From: Amoeboaphelidium protococcarum X5
Taxonomy: Eukaryota; Fungi; Aphelidiomycota
Length of the DNA: 64,000 nucleotides
Direction: 5' to 3'
Assembly (NCBI GenBank): GCA_023515725.1
Contig: JALDTO010000057.1
Span: 325,575-389,574 of the forward strand
The translations under genes and the position numbers were made by a program. Each line of letters opens with the position of its first letter. The first letter of the stretch is position 1. Under the pieces are notes generated by a model. It was given only the letters and a program-made list of their open reading frames with translations, was not told where the DNA came from and searched no databases. Shown here one piece after another: positions 11,873 to 24,540 of this stretch.

Positions 11873-12841
11873 ATGTTAATGGACAGTTCACGCTAAGAAG
11901 CTACTTCAATCAATGGTTGTGAGAGTGTCACATCGCTGTTGAATATTGGTGAATAATTGGATGATCATATAGTACAGGCTATCATTGAATGCCTCAAGTA
12001 AAAGCTAAGGAAATTCAGTCATCAGGTGGCAGGACACGATGACTTGCTCAGATTGTCACTACCATCTCAACTCTTTAATCAAGTCGCTCACCTTCGAGAT
12101 GGTCAAATACATCTTCTTATGAAACCTACTGTCAACAAGGAAATACAATTCTACGCCAACGCAAAGAGTTGCAAGAATATTGCTCCTGTATTACCTAAAT
12201 TTTATGGCTGGATGGATGCGGACGCGTTAATTGATCACGGCTTGAATCTGACTTTGCGTGATAAATGTACTCATTTCATTCTAATTGAAGATTTATTGGC
12301 AGATATCAACGCTGAATAGTGCAGGATAGCTGACATAAAGATTGGGCGGTAGATGTATGCAGCTTGTGATGACTCGGTTGATGATTATAAACGCGAGAGG
12401 ATGATAGTGAAAAACTCTACTACAACTTCGATTAATTTGGGTCTTCGAATAACTGGGCTTCGGTACGAACAAAGTTCCGGTAAATTCTTCTCTAAATAAG
12501 ATGGTAAATTGCTCAAATCTTTTCAAGACTTTCAGGATGTTATGCAAGACTTTACTACTATCGGTCGTGATTTAAATGTTGATCGGCAAGTTAGAGAGCG
12601 ATTGGCAGTTGATCTCACCAATATGGTGCGTAATTTGCCTCAAGAAGTTCAACTTCACTCCTCTAGTGTCCTCATCATCATCGACACTGTGACTCTGAAT
12701 GTCAAAATTAAGCTCATAGACTTTGCGCACTCCTTCATTACTCAAGATCCTGAATATTTAGCATCGAGTAGCATGCACCAGGAGATTTAAACTTGCCTCC
12801 TGACCTTGAGAAAATCATTCGGTGTTGATGACGACCGCTGA
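11873..12841 (+). CDS. Inositol polyphosphate (multi)kinase, IPK family
   Basis: FSHQVAGH, LIEDL, ADIKIG, SSSVLII, KLIDFAHS. Confidence 0.85.
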
Positions 12842-12983
12842 TTGGCTGGATGTCGCAGCGAATAAATTGCAATTATTCACACATTACCTTCCTCTTTCGA
12901 TTTACCGGTAAATCCGTCTGAATATATACTTTTTTAACTCGATAAACTTTAACTTTACTCAATTATACTTGAACTACTTCGTC

Positions 12984-14717
12984 ATGCCTAAGGAAGTTGA
13001 ATATATGACCAGGGAGGAGTTTGATAATGATTTTGATCAGTTTTTGGCTCAAACAAGTAAGAAAACCAAGCGCCCTGCACCGATAGTGATGAACCACGCC
13101 ATTGACTTGTGGCTAATGTATCAATCGGTGATGAAGAGAGGTGGACATTAAGCTGTAAGTTTCTTTTTGTTAACATTACAATTTAATCAATACTGATATA
13201 TCATTCATTGTAGGTTACTAATGTTAACAGTTGGCGCCAAGTGTTTCTGGACTGCACTGAAGCGACGACTTACTCTTCAAACACGGGATATTACACTCGA
13301 TTGAGTTATGAAAAGTAAGTTGCCTCTTTTGATGAATATTTACATGCTATTCTATGATATTCTATGTAGAACACTATGGGATTATGAGCGATAGGCGAAT
13401 AAAAGTGATCCACAAAGGAAATATAAGTTCAAACACGTCCCTGCTGATTATGATGAGAAGGCTCTCACTAGTGCTGATGTTATTCGCATGCACAAAGAAT
13501 TGTTGCGGTCAAAGTCTGGTGGACAGTTGAATGAATAATCAAACGCGAGCTCTAGCAGGCCAAATACACCACGGTCAATGTCGCCAAAGTATTCATCGTC
13601 AGACTCAAAGCGAAAGCAATAGTCAAGGAGCAGACGCGGTCCATCAGTGCTCGGGCGATTCTCATCCTCTGCTTATGATCAATCAACCACTGATGAAGAT
13701 AATGAGCTGTTTTTCTCTGATGATGATGAAGCACATCGAGTGTTACAATAGCACCCAGCTAAATTTTCATAATCATTGGCCGAGTTGGAGTCTATAATGG
13801 ACAAGATGCCAGATTGCGAAGTGTTCATCCAGACTTTGGAAGCCGATTAGCCCCCGATACCTAAATTCCTGCAGCAGTTGTTAGCGACTGATGAGACTGA
13901 CACCAAAAGCCAGAAGAAGAGTAAATTACCTGTTGACGCGTGCTGCGTGTATCTTAATCAAGTCCAAACTTAATTGGTGAAATTGTCAAAGAGATATGCA
14001 GAGTGCGATGAATTAGCCTATCATTTCGATCGACGACTGGGAGCGATGGAAATGTATACAGGTAGTGGCACTTCTACTCGAAAGAGAAAGAGTCAAGAAG
14101 ATTAAGAGGAGCCTGTGAGCCTTGATCCGTTGTAGTATTAGTAATAGTAATCATCTGCCGAAAAAGATGAGGAGGGGTCCTAAATCAACAACGATGTTGC
14201 ATAGCAGGAGTAAGAAGTTGATGAAGGGTCTCTCGCGTCCGATGAATAGGAAGAGGATTTTAAAGAGTAGGATAGGGAGGACTTTGATTTAGACGGAAGC
14301 AAGCCTTAGATGATATCTCCTCTTGCTTTATTGATGAGTCAAAGTTAGCGATAAGTGTCAGTTTCCTAAAGCGTCGACAGTTAAGATAATCAACAAGATT
14401 AGGCATAGAGTTGGGATGGCGATCAAGATAACGCTGACAATAACATCGTCAATGACGGTGATTCCTAACTATCTGTCGATACTGCGCGAGAGATTGCTGA
14501 GGCTGCATTATCTGTCCAGTCAATGAAGTCTTCGCCTGTCAGTCCAATGTCAAGTAATCCGTTCAATGATAAGAGGCGAAGATCGTCAGGAAGAAGTCGC
14601 GCCAGAGAGCAATTGCTTGCCAGCTATTCCACCTCCAGTGCGGATGACGATGAAGCTTTGAGCAGAAGATCCAGTGGTGGTGGTGCAAGGCGTAAAAGTA
14701 GGAGAAGATTGTACTGA
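12984..14717 (+). CDS. ARID/BRIGHT DNA-binding domain protein with low-complexity C-terminus (introns 13155-13213 and 13315-13369)
   Basis: IDLWLMYQSVMKRGGH(Q)A|VTNVNSWRQVF...YEK|TLWDYE ARID pattern; frame joins the 14523-14717 fragment. Confidence 0.75.
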
Positions 14718-14932
14718 AGGGCTTTGGTCACGAAATACTGTTCTGCCAGTTGATTAAGGATCGACTGTTTGGTATTTAATGAGTGACTAAGAAAGAAGCA
14801 TTGAAATTCAATATAAAAGGCATAGTGTTAAATGCAATCAGAGAATGTGTGATAGAATTCAAGCTTTATTAATAGGCACACGAAGTCAATCAACTCATAA
14901 CATGACCACACAATAATACAGCCATGAGGAAA

Positions 14933-15742
14933 TCAATCTGTGGCCATAGATTCAGACTTTTACACAGGGTAGTATTAATAATGCAATTCATTGACATCAT
15001 AATTTCCAATAAACTCCCAACCTTCAGCCTTGACATGATACAAATTAATCGTACCACCACTGTAAGCATCTCTGAAGGTGGCGTGGTAAATCGATCTGCG
15101 ACCAAGTTCAATAGCATCTTCAACCGATAAATCATAACGATAACCAGCATCAAGTACACCATACGCAAAAGTGGATCCACTACCAACACTAAATAGATCA
15201 CCCTTCAATCTGGTACCATCATTATCCACATAGAATAAGTTTGGGCCAGTCTTATCCCACCCGGTCACCATCGTGCCCATGGATAAGCCCATTCCCTTGT
15301 AAGAGTACACCATGTTGGCAAGTAACTTGCTAGCAGCAGCGACACTAATTCTCTCACCATTGCGAAGTTCATACAGTCTGCAGCGTCTTCCCAATTCACG
15401 CTCCCAGTAAGAGCAATCTGCAGCACCACCAGCCATCGTTCCCAACAGGTACGGATTGATCTCAATAACCTTCTTCACGGACTGAGACGCAATGTACGGA
15501 CCAGCAGTTGCTCTGGAATCCACAGCGACAATGACTCCGTGCTAGAACTTGAATGCTAAAGTTGTGGTACCTTGTCTCATTGGCAGACAAGTCTTTACAT
15601 AGTTGTTCAACGTTGCAGCAGGACTCTTGGTACCCATAATGGCGAAAGATTCATTCAGTCCATTCTAATCGTTGAAGCGAGCAGTACCGCTGGCGACATT
15701 ATCATCCTGGCGCAAACTTTCTGCCAAAAGTATATCATTCAT
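14933..15742 (-). CDS. PRE2: 20S proteasome subunit beta 5
   Basis: GTTTLAFKF(Q)[48 protein letters not shown]. Confidence 0.97.
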
Positions 15743-16090
15743 TTTAGATAACTTAATATAATTCTATAGGGAGAAGTAGAGATGAATGACTATTTGAAGT
15801 TCAGGTGAGAGTTTCAGTCGGAATTTTCGCGGAACAAAACGAAAGCGACGTTTCGATCAAAAATCGTGCCTTTATGTTCGACAGTACAGTTATTGTGCTT
15901 GCGTCTATCAATGGGAATAAACGCGATATACTGTATGTAATAATATACTAACCATTTACTGCAATTTGGCGAGAATCTAGATTTATACTTAATGTGATTG
16001 AGTGTTGGCTTTCAAATTAAATGCCGAGGATCTCAATTCGAGCAGATCATGGATGCATTGAACATCAAGTATGATCACTTCCAAAAAGTG

Positions 16091-16161
16091 TGCATCCTGC
16101 GGGAATCGAACCCACGGCAATGTCTTGGAAGGACACTATGTTACCTCTACACTAAGGATGC
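16091..16161 (-). tRNA. tRNA-Gly (anticodon TCC)
   Basis: Minus strand GCATCCT...AGGATGC-A acceptor stem, anticodon arm GTGTC-CTTCCAA-GACAT, T-loop GGTTCGATTCC. Confidence 0.95.
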
Positions 16162-16477
16162 GTGTATGAAGAGAGATGTGGTTCTTACAGCTCATATATC
16201 CGTTCTCACCTGGCTTCTAAAGTTTTGAAACGCGCGCTTGTCCTTCTCAGTTTCTCAGTGTCTCTGCACCTCTTCAGTCTTACCTTCGTTTCGCCTATTG
16301 TGCGCGAGTTCTTCTTTATAACTGCAAGAGATTGAAAGACTGCAAACCTATTGACTATTAGTTATTTTTTCTATACTTTAGTTGCTTAAAGGAACTCGGA
16401 AACACTAGCAATCGAACGTCAGAATTAAAATTTTAAAGAATTTAAACTCAAGAAGTAAAACTTTAGAAGAATTAAAA

Positions 16478-17215
16478 ATGTTGTAAACTTTAGGAAGTTA
16501 GTTGCCGGCAGATGCTGCTATTGGTCATCAGTTTTCGCCATACTCTGACAATGGTGGAACTACTTTGTCTATTGCCGGAAAGGATTACTGTTTAGTTGCT
16601 TCTGACACTCGTCAGTCTGAGGGTTATGAGATTCATAGCAGATATTAGCCTCACTCGTTTGTGTTGAACAAGACTTGCATCTTCAGTGGTTGTGGTATGT
16701 ACGCAGACACTGTGGAACTGTACAAAACTTTAATGGGTAGACTGGAGTGGTACAGACATCAACATGACAAGGAGATGAGCTGTCCAGCAGTTGCCCAAAT
16801 GTTGGCCACCATTCTGTATGGTAAGCGCTTCTTTCCGTACTATGTATTCTCCATCTTGTCCGGCTTGGATGAAGAGGGTAATGGTGTGGTGTATTCTTTC
16901 GATCCGGTTGGGTCTTACGAGAGACACATCACACGTGCTGGGGGTTCAAGTGCTTCTCTGATTTAACCATTCTTGGACAACATTGTGGAGCACAAGACTA
17001 TTTCCACATTCTCCGAGTCTCTTCCGCGTGATGCTCCTAACAAGGGCGGTAAGAAGTAGATTCCTCTGTTGAGTAGAGAAGAGGCTACCAAGATTGCCAG
17101 AGATGCCTTTACCGGAGCAACGGAGAGAGATATTCACACTGGTGACTATTTGGAGATTTTTATTTGCGATAAGGATGGAGTTAATGTGCAAAAGTTTGAT
17201 CTCAAGAAGGATTGA
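16478..17215 (+). CDS. PRE7: 20S proteasome subunit beta 6 (PSMB1)
   Basis: [50 protein letters not shown]. Confidence 0.96.
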
Positions 17216-17476
17216 GATGTTATTTTTTATGACAATTGTGGACTATAATATTTAGTTACATCACTCTTTAATTTTTATTTCTTCCGTACTATCACAGGAA
17301 CTTCTTATACTGTAAATATATTTCTGTCAGTTAAGATACAAATCCAATTAGGGAAAGTTCAATCTCATTACGCCTTTAGTGCATAAAACGACCTCAAATT
17401 GATCGGCCGAACGATCTCCATAAGGTTTCGCTCAGTTTTCACAGCTATATCACATAGTTGACTATTTTTACGCGTA

Positions 17477-18898
17477 ATGGTTAGATTGAACGTGAGGCAT
17501 CCGCTTGGGATAAAGCCGGAGGGAAATTAGCTGATTGACAGTGGTAATGCTGGGTTTAGAGCTAATGTAAGATAGAGTGGTCTTGGCTCGCTGTCTGCAT
17601 TGGATGATCAATTGATATACTATGTCCTTTCCATGCTTGATGCGCGATCTCTCGCTAGAATAGCCTCAGTTAGTAAGGCTGCTTATTGTTGGTCCTATTA
17701 TGATGAATTCTGGAAGCCTTTGGTTTTATCCGATTATAAATCTGAGTTTGTATGGGCCGGATAATCATGGCGTTAGACCTACGCGTATAATGCCCGATTA
17801 CTCTAAACTTCTTCAGATTCTGACAATAAATAGCCATTTTTGAACAACATTGCTCCGGTGCAAGTAAATTATTTCTATTCAGATTTCTTATTCCAAGCTT
17901 ATGTAAGTCTAGCTGCTGAAATTGATAGAGAATGGCTAAAAGTTGATAATATAGATCGAAGGAGCAAATTAAGTGTGGAGGATATCAAGCGCGAATACGA
18001 GATTCCCAACAAGCCTGTTGTAATTAGTGACTGCGTCCAACAATGGCCATGCTACTCCAAGTGGACTAGGGAATATTTGAGCGCAAATTATGGCAATGTC
18101 GAGTTCAGAGCTGAGGCTATGCAAACATCACTGTTAAATTATCTGAAATACTCGGACTAATCATTGGAAGAAGCCCCATTATACTTGTTTGACTCTCAAT
18201 TTGTATATAAATGTCCAGAAATGGGACGCGACTTTTAAGTGCCTGATTACTTTTCAGAGGATCTATTTAAACTTTTGGGCTAGGATAAACGGCCTGATTA
18301 CCGATGGCTCATTCTAGGGCCCGCCAAGTCTGGCAGTACTTTCCACAAAGACCCCAATGCCACGTCTGCATGGAACGCTACTATATATGGCAGTAAGAAG
18401 TGGGTCATGTTTCCGCCTGAAGTCATCCCCCCGGGTATACATCCTAATCATGATGGATCTGAAGTTACCACCCCGATCTCTGTTGTAGAATGGTTTATCA
18501 ACTACTACAAGGAGGCGAGACTGTTAAATCCAATCGAATGTGTTACTAAAGCCGGGGATCTTATATTTGTACCGTCTGGTTGGTGGCATTGTGTTATTAA
18601 TTTGGAAGAGACTCTGGCAATCACGCAGAACTTTGTCTCATCTGCCAATTTGACTGAGGTTTTACATTTGCTAAAGTACAAAAAGTCCCATATCAGTGGC
18701 GTACCATGCAGCTATGTCGACAGCATTGGCAAAGATTTTGAAAAGGTCCTCTTAGATCACGGGTATGTTTTGATAGATACAGTGCATTAGAAACGAAAGC
18801 TGGAATGTGAATTGAATTCAGAGTCTCAGGATGAGAATAAGAAAAAATAACCGTCTTGGTGGGCTGACAGCTGCCAAAGTGAATTTACACTGTTTTGA
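17477..18898 (+). CDS. F-box plus JmjC domain protein (JMJD6-like dioxygenase)
   Basis: HPLGIKPEGN, F-box-like segment, RPDYRWLILGPAKSGSTFHKDPNATSAWN, FVPSGWWHCVINL. Confidence 0.92.
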
Positions 18899-18926
18899 AT
18901 AAACGGTTCATCTAACAATGTATTCA

Positions 18927-19838
18927 TCATAGTTTATCATCTTGAGTACTAAAAGTAATACTAGAACCTTGGTGTGCCTTTGATGCAGTAAGACCAGTAA
19001 AATGTCCACTCTATGCAATCTTCGACGCGTCAACGTAAGAAGATTGTGCAGATTGTGTCTATAGAGGAGTTTTACCGACTTCAACCAGGCGACTCTTCAT
19101 CAATACCATCTGAACCACGGCAGTAGTTAGTAAACTGCTTATGATTGCCAGACAAATCGCATAACCAAGGTCAAAGCTAAACATGACCGATACCATGCCG
19201 GGAAGAGTAGCCGCAAGGGAAATACTGCAAATTCGAACCCCATACCGCGCAATAATGTCATAGGAATAACTGTTTGAGCTTGACACAATCTTGTTCAAAG
19301 CTGAAGTATATCGGTACAAACTACGCAATGAGTATAAATCGCAGGCAATTAAGAGAGCCGATGCAAATGCCAAAGTGATTATATATGAATACTCCACCAG
19401 CGCTTGTATCTGTTACACCTTGAACGATCGAATTACGCTTAGAGACCCGTTGAACATGAAAATTACTGTAGAGCTCATAACACTCAATCGATAAAAGTTA
19501 AAATACTTGGTGTCTTCCAGTATTGGCTTTCCACGAATGTAAACGTATTGAACGTAAGCTGCAATGCCAGTAGTGAAGAAGAAGGCTGATATTGCATGGT
19601 AAATGTCACGCATTGCCCAATTCTATTCAATATCAGCCAGTGCCACCACCAACGCTTCAAAGATTCCATGTATTACAGCAGAGATATGAATTGCAAGTAT
19701 GATAAAATCGAGTTTATTCTATAGGTACGATTTGCGGTGGCGCCTCTAAATAAGCATATACCAGCCAAGCGACGCCATTAGCACTGTCGATATCAGGCTC
19801 TCGACAATTAAAATCCACCAGTTGTTAGAAAATATCAT
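18927..19838 (-). CDS. Orphan multi-pass (~7 TM) membrane protein, paralogue A
   Basis: MIFSNNWW start; fragments 19413-19613 and 19059-19397 join in frame via TAR; similar to the neighbouring gene along its length. Confidence 0.7.
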
Positions 19839-20222
19839 TATCTTGCACTTAGTGTATGTAACTCTCAATTCAAAAGCCTTCCAATTATCAGCTTAAATAA
19901 GCCGATATCATCAATAAATAGCAAAGGCATAATCAACAGTCTATGATTGAGCTATTAATAACTCTCAAGTGTAAAAGATTGAGTGAACACTTTTAACTAC
20001 CTTTTTCAAGTCAGTCACCATATAAGAATTTTTGAGATAAAGTATTATCTGTCTAAATCAAACTTTTGAGGTGTATTAGAACATAGCGTATGTTGCATTA
20101 AGTGGTAAACGAGATGTTACAGATCGACTCGATATATAAAGCACGCAAAGATCGAATTCAAATTTAACCAATCATCATATTAACTTTATTCATTCATTCA
20201 TTCAATTAGATCAACTCCCAAC

Positions 20223-21116
20223 TCAAACAGAATTAACGGCCGAGTCATTCTGACTTTGAGCAGCACTGCGCATCAGAGGAGTGGCATTACTAGACGGCAA
20301 CTTGGCCTTATCGACGTATGAAGCTTCGGATTGGGTGGATGGATCTGGCGAATTACCCAATGCAACCAACTTGATCTTCATCCTCACCAAAAAGCATGGG
20401 GATGCAGCAAAAAGAATGTACAGTAAGGCGATAAAGAGGTTATGTAAAGCACCATTAGGGAAAAAGATTCCCATAAATCCGCACAAAGTTGCAGCAATAG
20501 ACAGACTACATACAATGACACCGTAGTGAGCAATCACGGCATACGATGAGCTATTGCTACTCTTCACAATAGAGCTCAAATTTCTCGTGTACTGATACAG
20601 ACTTCTCAGAGAGTAAACATCGCAGAAGAGAAGTCCGACCGAGGCCAGTAGCAACGTGATGATGTATGAGTACTCAATCAAACCAGTAGCATCCACTTTC
20701 TGATATCTCAGCACACTCAGAAAGCCATTGATGAAGAAGAATGAATTGCAAGCGTACACAGTGGCGCGATAAATGAAGAAGAAGCGCTAATCTTCCAACA
20801 GAGGCCTGCTTCTCAGGTAAACATAGGCGACATAAGCAATGGCACCAATAGTGAAGAATACAGCAGATACAGTATGGCAATCATCACGGAGCACATAGTT
20901 CGCAGGCGTATCAGCGAGAGCAAAGCTGACAGACTCAAACACGACGTAGAAAATTGTGGCCCAGTGATTCAGAAAGATAATATAATCCAGCTTAGTCTTG
21001 AAGTAGCGTTCATTGAACAATGTCTGAGCGCGTAGATAGATTAACCATGACACGAGCAAAGCGATAGACACGCCACTTGAAACAAACAGCAGCCACCAAC
21101 TGTCGGAAAATTCCAT
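20223..21116 (-). CDS. Orphan multi-pass (~7 TM) membrane protein, paralogue B
   Basis: MEFSDSWW start; shares KLD[YF]II, AYV.YVY.R..P.LED, EYSYIITL, D.YSLRSLY.YT and SYVD with paralogue A. Confidence 0.72.
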
Positions 21117-21792
21117 AGTCTGGCGATAATAAGACGACAAGTAATTGTAAGAAGCAGCTAAGTGTGAGAAGAAAAGGTTAAAGTAATGTCGGAGATGTTA
21201 AATTGACATTAATTGCGAGTCGGTTAATAATAGCAACCAATCGAGCGGCATAATCGGAGATGGTGACAGTTGATTGAAAATAGACATCCTTACCAAGGCA
21301 ACTTACAGAATTTATTAGTTATTATAAGCTTCCATTTCTAAATATGGCAGTAGGGGCAAGAACACTTCAGAAAGAGATGCTATTGCAGTAATCACAAAGG
21401 TAGTAGAAACTTCTCAATAGATAAATAATTAACATGACAGGTATGCGCGTTCTCCTCATAAACGCGCTTGAGTTAACGAGCAGAGGGGTAGCGCGCATCT
21501 TTCCTCTCATCCGCGCTCGTCGTTCATTCTCTCGTTCGGTTGACGAAGAGGAGACAGTGAGTACAGTACTGATAGCGCACAAAGCACGCCGATGAGAGAG
21601 AGAAAACTATTTATTCGAGCTCGGGTTGTCATCAAGACTCGGTCGTCCGCCATTTCTTTCTCACTTCTGTCAGTTGATAGTTAAAAAACGCCATCACAAA
21701 CATATTACCGGCAGATTCTGCTCATTTTTACAGTATCCATCAGAGGCATTCTCTAGGAATCACGTAACTTGTAGAAATATTAATATAAATAT

Positions 21793-24348
21793 ATGATGGT
21801 TGCAAGAGGAACTAGTCGTCCATCGTCATCACTGGGGAAGCACGGTAACGTGAAGAGCGGTGATGCGAATGAATCGAATACAGCGTCAACTAGTTAAGGA
21901 GGTAAATAATAGGGAAGCTCTGCATTTTAGTAATAATCATCATCTGCTGCTGCTAGCAAGAACCTTTCGCCATAGGAATAGGAAATGGTAAATCTCAAGA
22001 ACAAGTACAAATCATAGCTGCACACTCTGAGGTAGCTCTTTTCAGAGACTTGGAAGGATGATGATCTTATTGCCGTTCTCTAGGAAGTTAATGGAGATTT
22101 GGATACTGCCATTGGGAGGATTAGTGAAGGACATGCTGAATAATGGTCGGCGCCGCAGTCAAGGAAGCAGAGACGCGAGAAGAAGCTTGATTAGACGCAG
22201 TAGTCCTCCTCATAGCCCTAGTAGTCACATTCTGGTTATGGTTATGGGCAGTAGAGCGATTATGGTTAGGATAGTAATCATCCGCACTCTGCTAACAGAA
22301 GAGTTGTTGGAAGTGGTACGCGTGGTCGAGGTAGAGGTCGCGCGCGTGGTGGTCGTTCTATGGGTGCCACCACGAGATAGGATTACAGTCGAGGTAACAC
22401 TTCCACCACTAATGGCTCGTATGACGGTCAATCTTCTCGTCGCTATAATGATAAAGGCGCTGAAGATTCTAATGACAACAGTTGGTCGTCTGCAGCGTAC
22501 AATAGCGGTAAGTCTTCTGGTGGCAATGCTAACAGTTGGTCTAATGAGCCAGTGTCCCACACTGCAGCTGCAGGTACTTCTTGGGATGACGCGTCCAGTA
22601 CTGCTGCAACAGCTGGATCAGTTATCTCTAGTCATGATTTGAAGCAGTAATAGCAATAGAACGCGGCTGAAAATTTCGCTAGTTAATCGTCTGATACGGC
22701 GGCATCTGGGAAGGCAGGTTGGGGAACTCCTTCCAAGAAGCAATAGTCTTCGCCATAGCAGGGATAGAGTCAAGGTGGTTGGTCTGGCTCAAAAGCCACT
22801 TAAGATTAGTTGGCATCAACAACGGCAGCTTTGTCAGGTGATGAAGGCAGTGTTGGAATAAAATCCGGCTGGGGAACTGTATCTTCTTAGTCTGCAGGTG
22901 CCATTAAAACAGCGCGTCCATCTGCTGCTAGTGGCTAATAGTCTTCTAAGTCTGGTGCTGGCAAGTCAACTTGGGCTCAGATCGCCAGACCAGAGCAGGT
23001 TATGCAGAAAATTGTTGAGAACGTACCACTTGCTGATTAAGGCTCACACTCTTAAAGAGTTGAAGAAGTCGCGCCTCCATAAGCTAGTTCAGGTTGGGGA
23101 TCTTCCGGCAGGCCAAGGAGCAAGAGTCCTGCCAAAGTTAAAAGTCCTGTTGGTTAGCAGGTGGAGCAATAGGAAGCCGGATCCACAACCGGATGGAATG
23201 TGCCAGTAAGTTAATCTGCTTCTGTATCTCCAAAGATTTAGCAATCCCATTAATAACATAGTCCATCATCTGCAAAGACGTATAATAATGTTATTGGTAG
23301 CGGACGTTCTCTTAGTGGTTCAGAGAGTGGTGTATTGCCTGCAGGTGATAGATCGGTCAGTAATGCTGCTGTGGGAAGTGTTGGTGTCAGATTTGGCACT
23401 CTTGGACTGAACGATGATTCCGATTCTGTGCCAGTTGCATAGAAACCTCTAAGTAGTCCTCTAGGTGTTAATCCTGTCGGTGGTGTCAATGCTAGTAGAA
23501 CTCCTGGTGCTCAGTAATAGCAATAACCAAGTTATCTGATGGGAATCAGTCCTGAGATTAAACCTGCATAGGTTCAGTAAGCTTCATCATCTGATGCTGG
23601 TAGTAAGTCTGTTGCAGGTTTGAGTCATTTGTAATAGCAGGCAGCACCTCTTGGTGTCGGATCTTCTGTTTAATCTGGTGGTAACAGCTATGCTCAGTAT
23701 TAGACTCAGCCTGCTGCAGGTCAATCTGATTACAGCTCTATCTACAGTCATCTGTCTACTGCATCTAATGCTAATCCACTAGGACAGTTCCCACATTAGG
23801 CTGGATATCAACAGTAGCAGTAGTTTCCTGGTTAGCAATCGTAGCAATAGCCTCACAACATGGCTGGCTATGGTTTGAATCCTGCTAATTTGGCGAATAT
23901 GTATGCTGCGTACTTCCCTTACTATGCCAGCTAATTTGGTGTTGGGTAAACTTCTGGTATTGGAGCAGGGGCATTTGGCGCTAATCCAGCTTATGGTGGT
24001 CATTAGTCTCCGTTTATGAACAAGTTCCCAATGTACAACACTGGAGTTGGAAATAACGGTACTGGACAATCTAATCCAAATTAGCCTTAGTAGCAGTAAC
24101 AGCAACAGTAGTAGTCTCAATAGAGCAGAAATAGTCCATATGGTGGTGGCTATTATCCTGGTGCGCAACCTTAGCAGCAGTAGTAGCATCATTAGAATGG
24201 AGGTTTTGCTGGCACCAACTACTCGTCTCAATTGCAGTAGTAGACGCAGTAGCAGTAATAGCAGCGCCAGTAATAGGCTCAACAAGGTTAGCAGAATCAG
24301 CGTCAAGGTGGTGGCAAGAATCCCCAATCTGGCCAATCCTCTTGGTGA
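21793..24348 (+). CDS. Def1/UBAP2-like CUE/UBA-domain protein with RGG and Q-rich low-complexity regions
   Basis: LRQLFSETWKDDDLIAVLQEVNGDLDTAIGRISEGHAEQW; RGRGRGRARGGR; poly-Q tracts written with mixed CAR/TAR codons. Confidence 0.8.
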
Positions 24349-24540
24349 TTTGACGATGCTCTCCTTATGGACAGTTTATTGACTGAGCCATTAAGTATAA
24401 GTAGTATTATGGTATGAAAACGTAATATCTTTGCAAATATAATGCAAATATCTATCAAAAGTTTAAAAGTTAATTTACAATCTCTTTTTATTACTTTGGG
24501 CATCATCTCTAGTCTAAACGATTACGAGAGTAGGCGTCAA

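Noticed and set aside
15560-15580. Gln instead of His at position -2 of the proteasome beta5 propeptide (RQG/TTT)
   Set aside because: This position varies among eukaryotes; catalytic Thr1 and the rest of the subunit are intact
22058-24382. Long alternative-frame and antisense ORFs (22058-22642, 23779-24336; likewise 37868-38359, 51623-52294, 58564-59091)
   Set aside because: Shadows of real genes on another frame or strand, with low-complexity translations and no motifs
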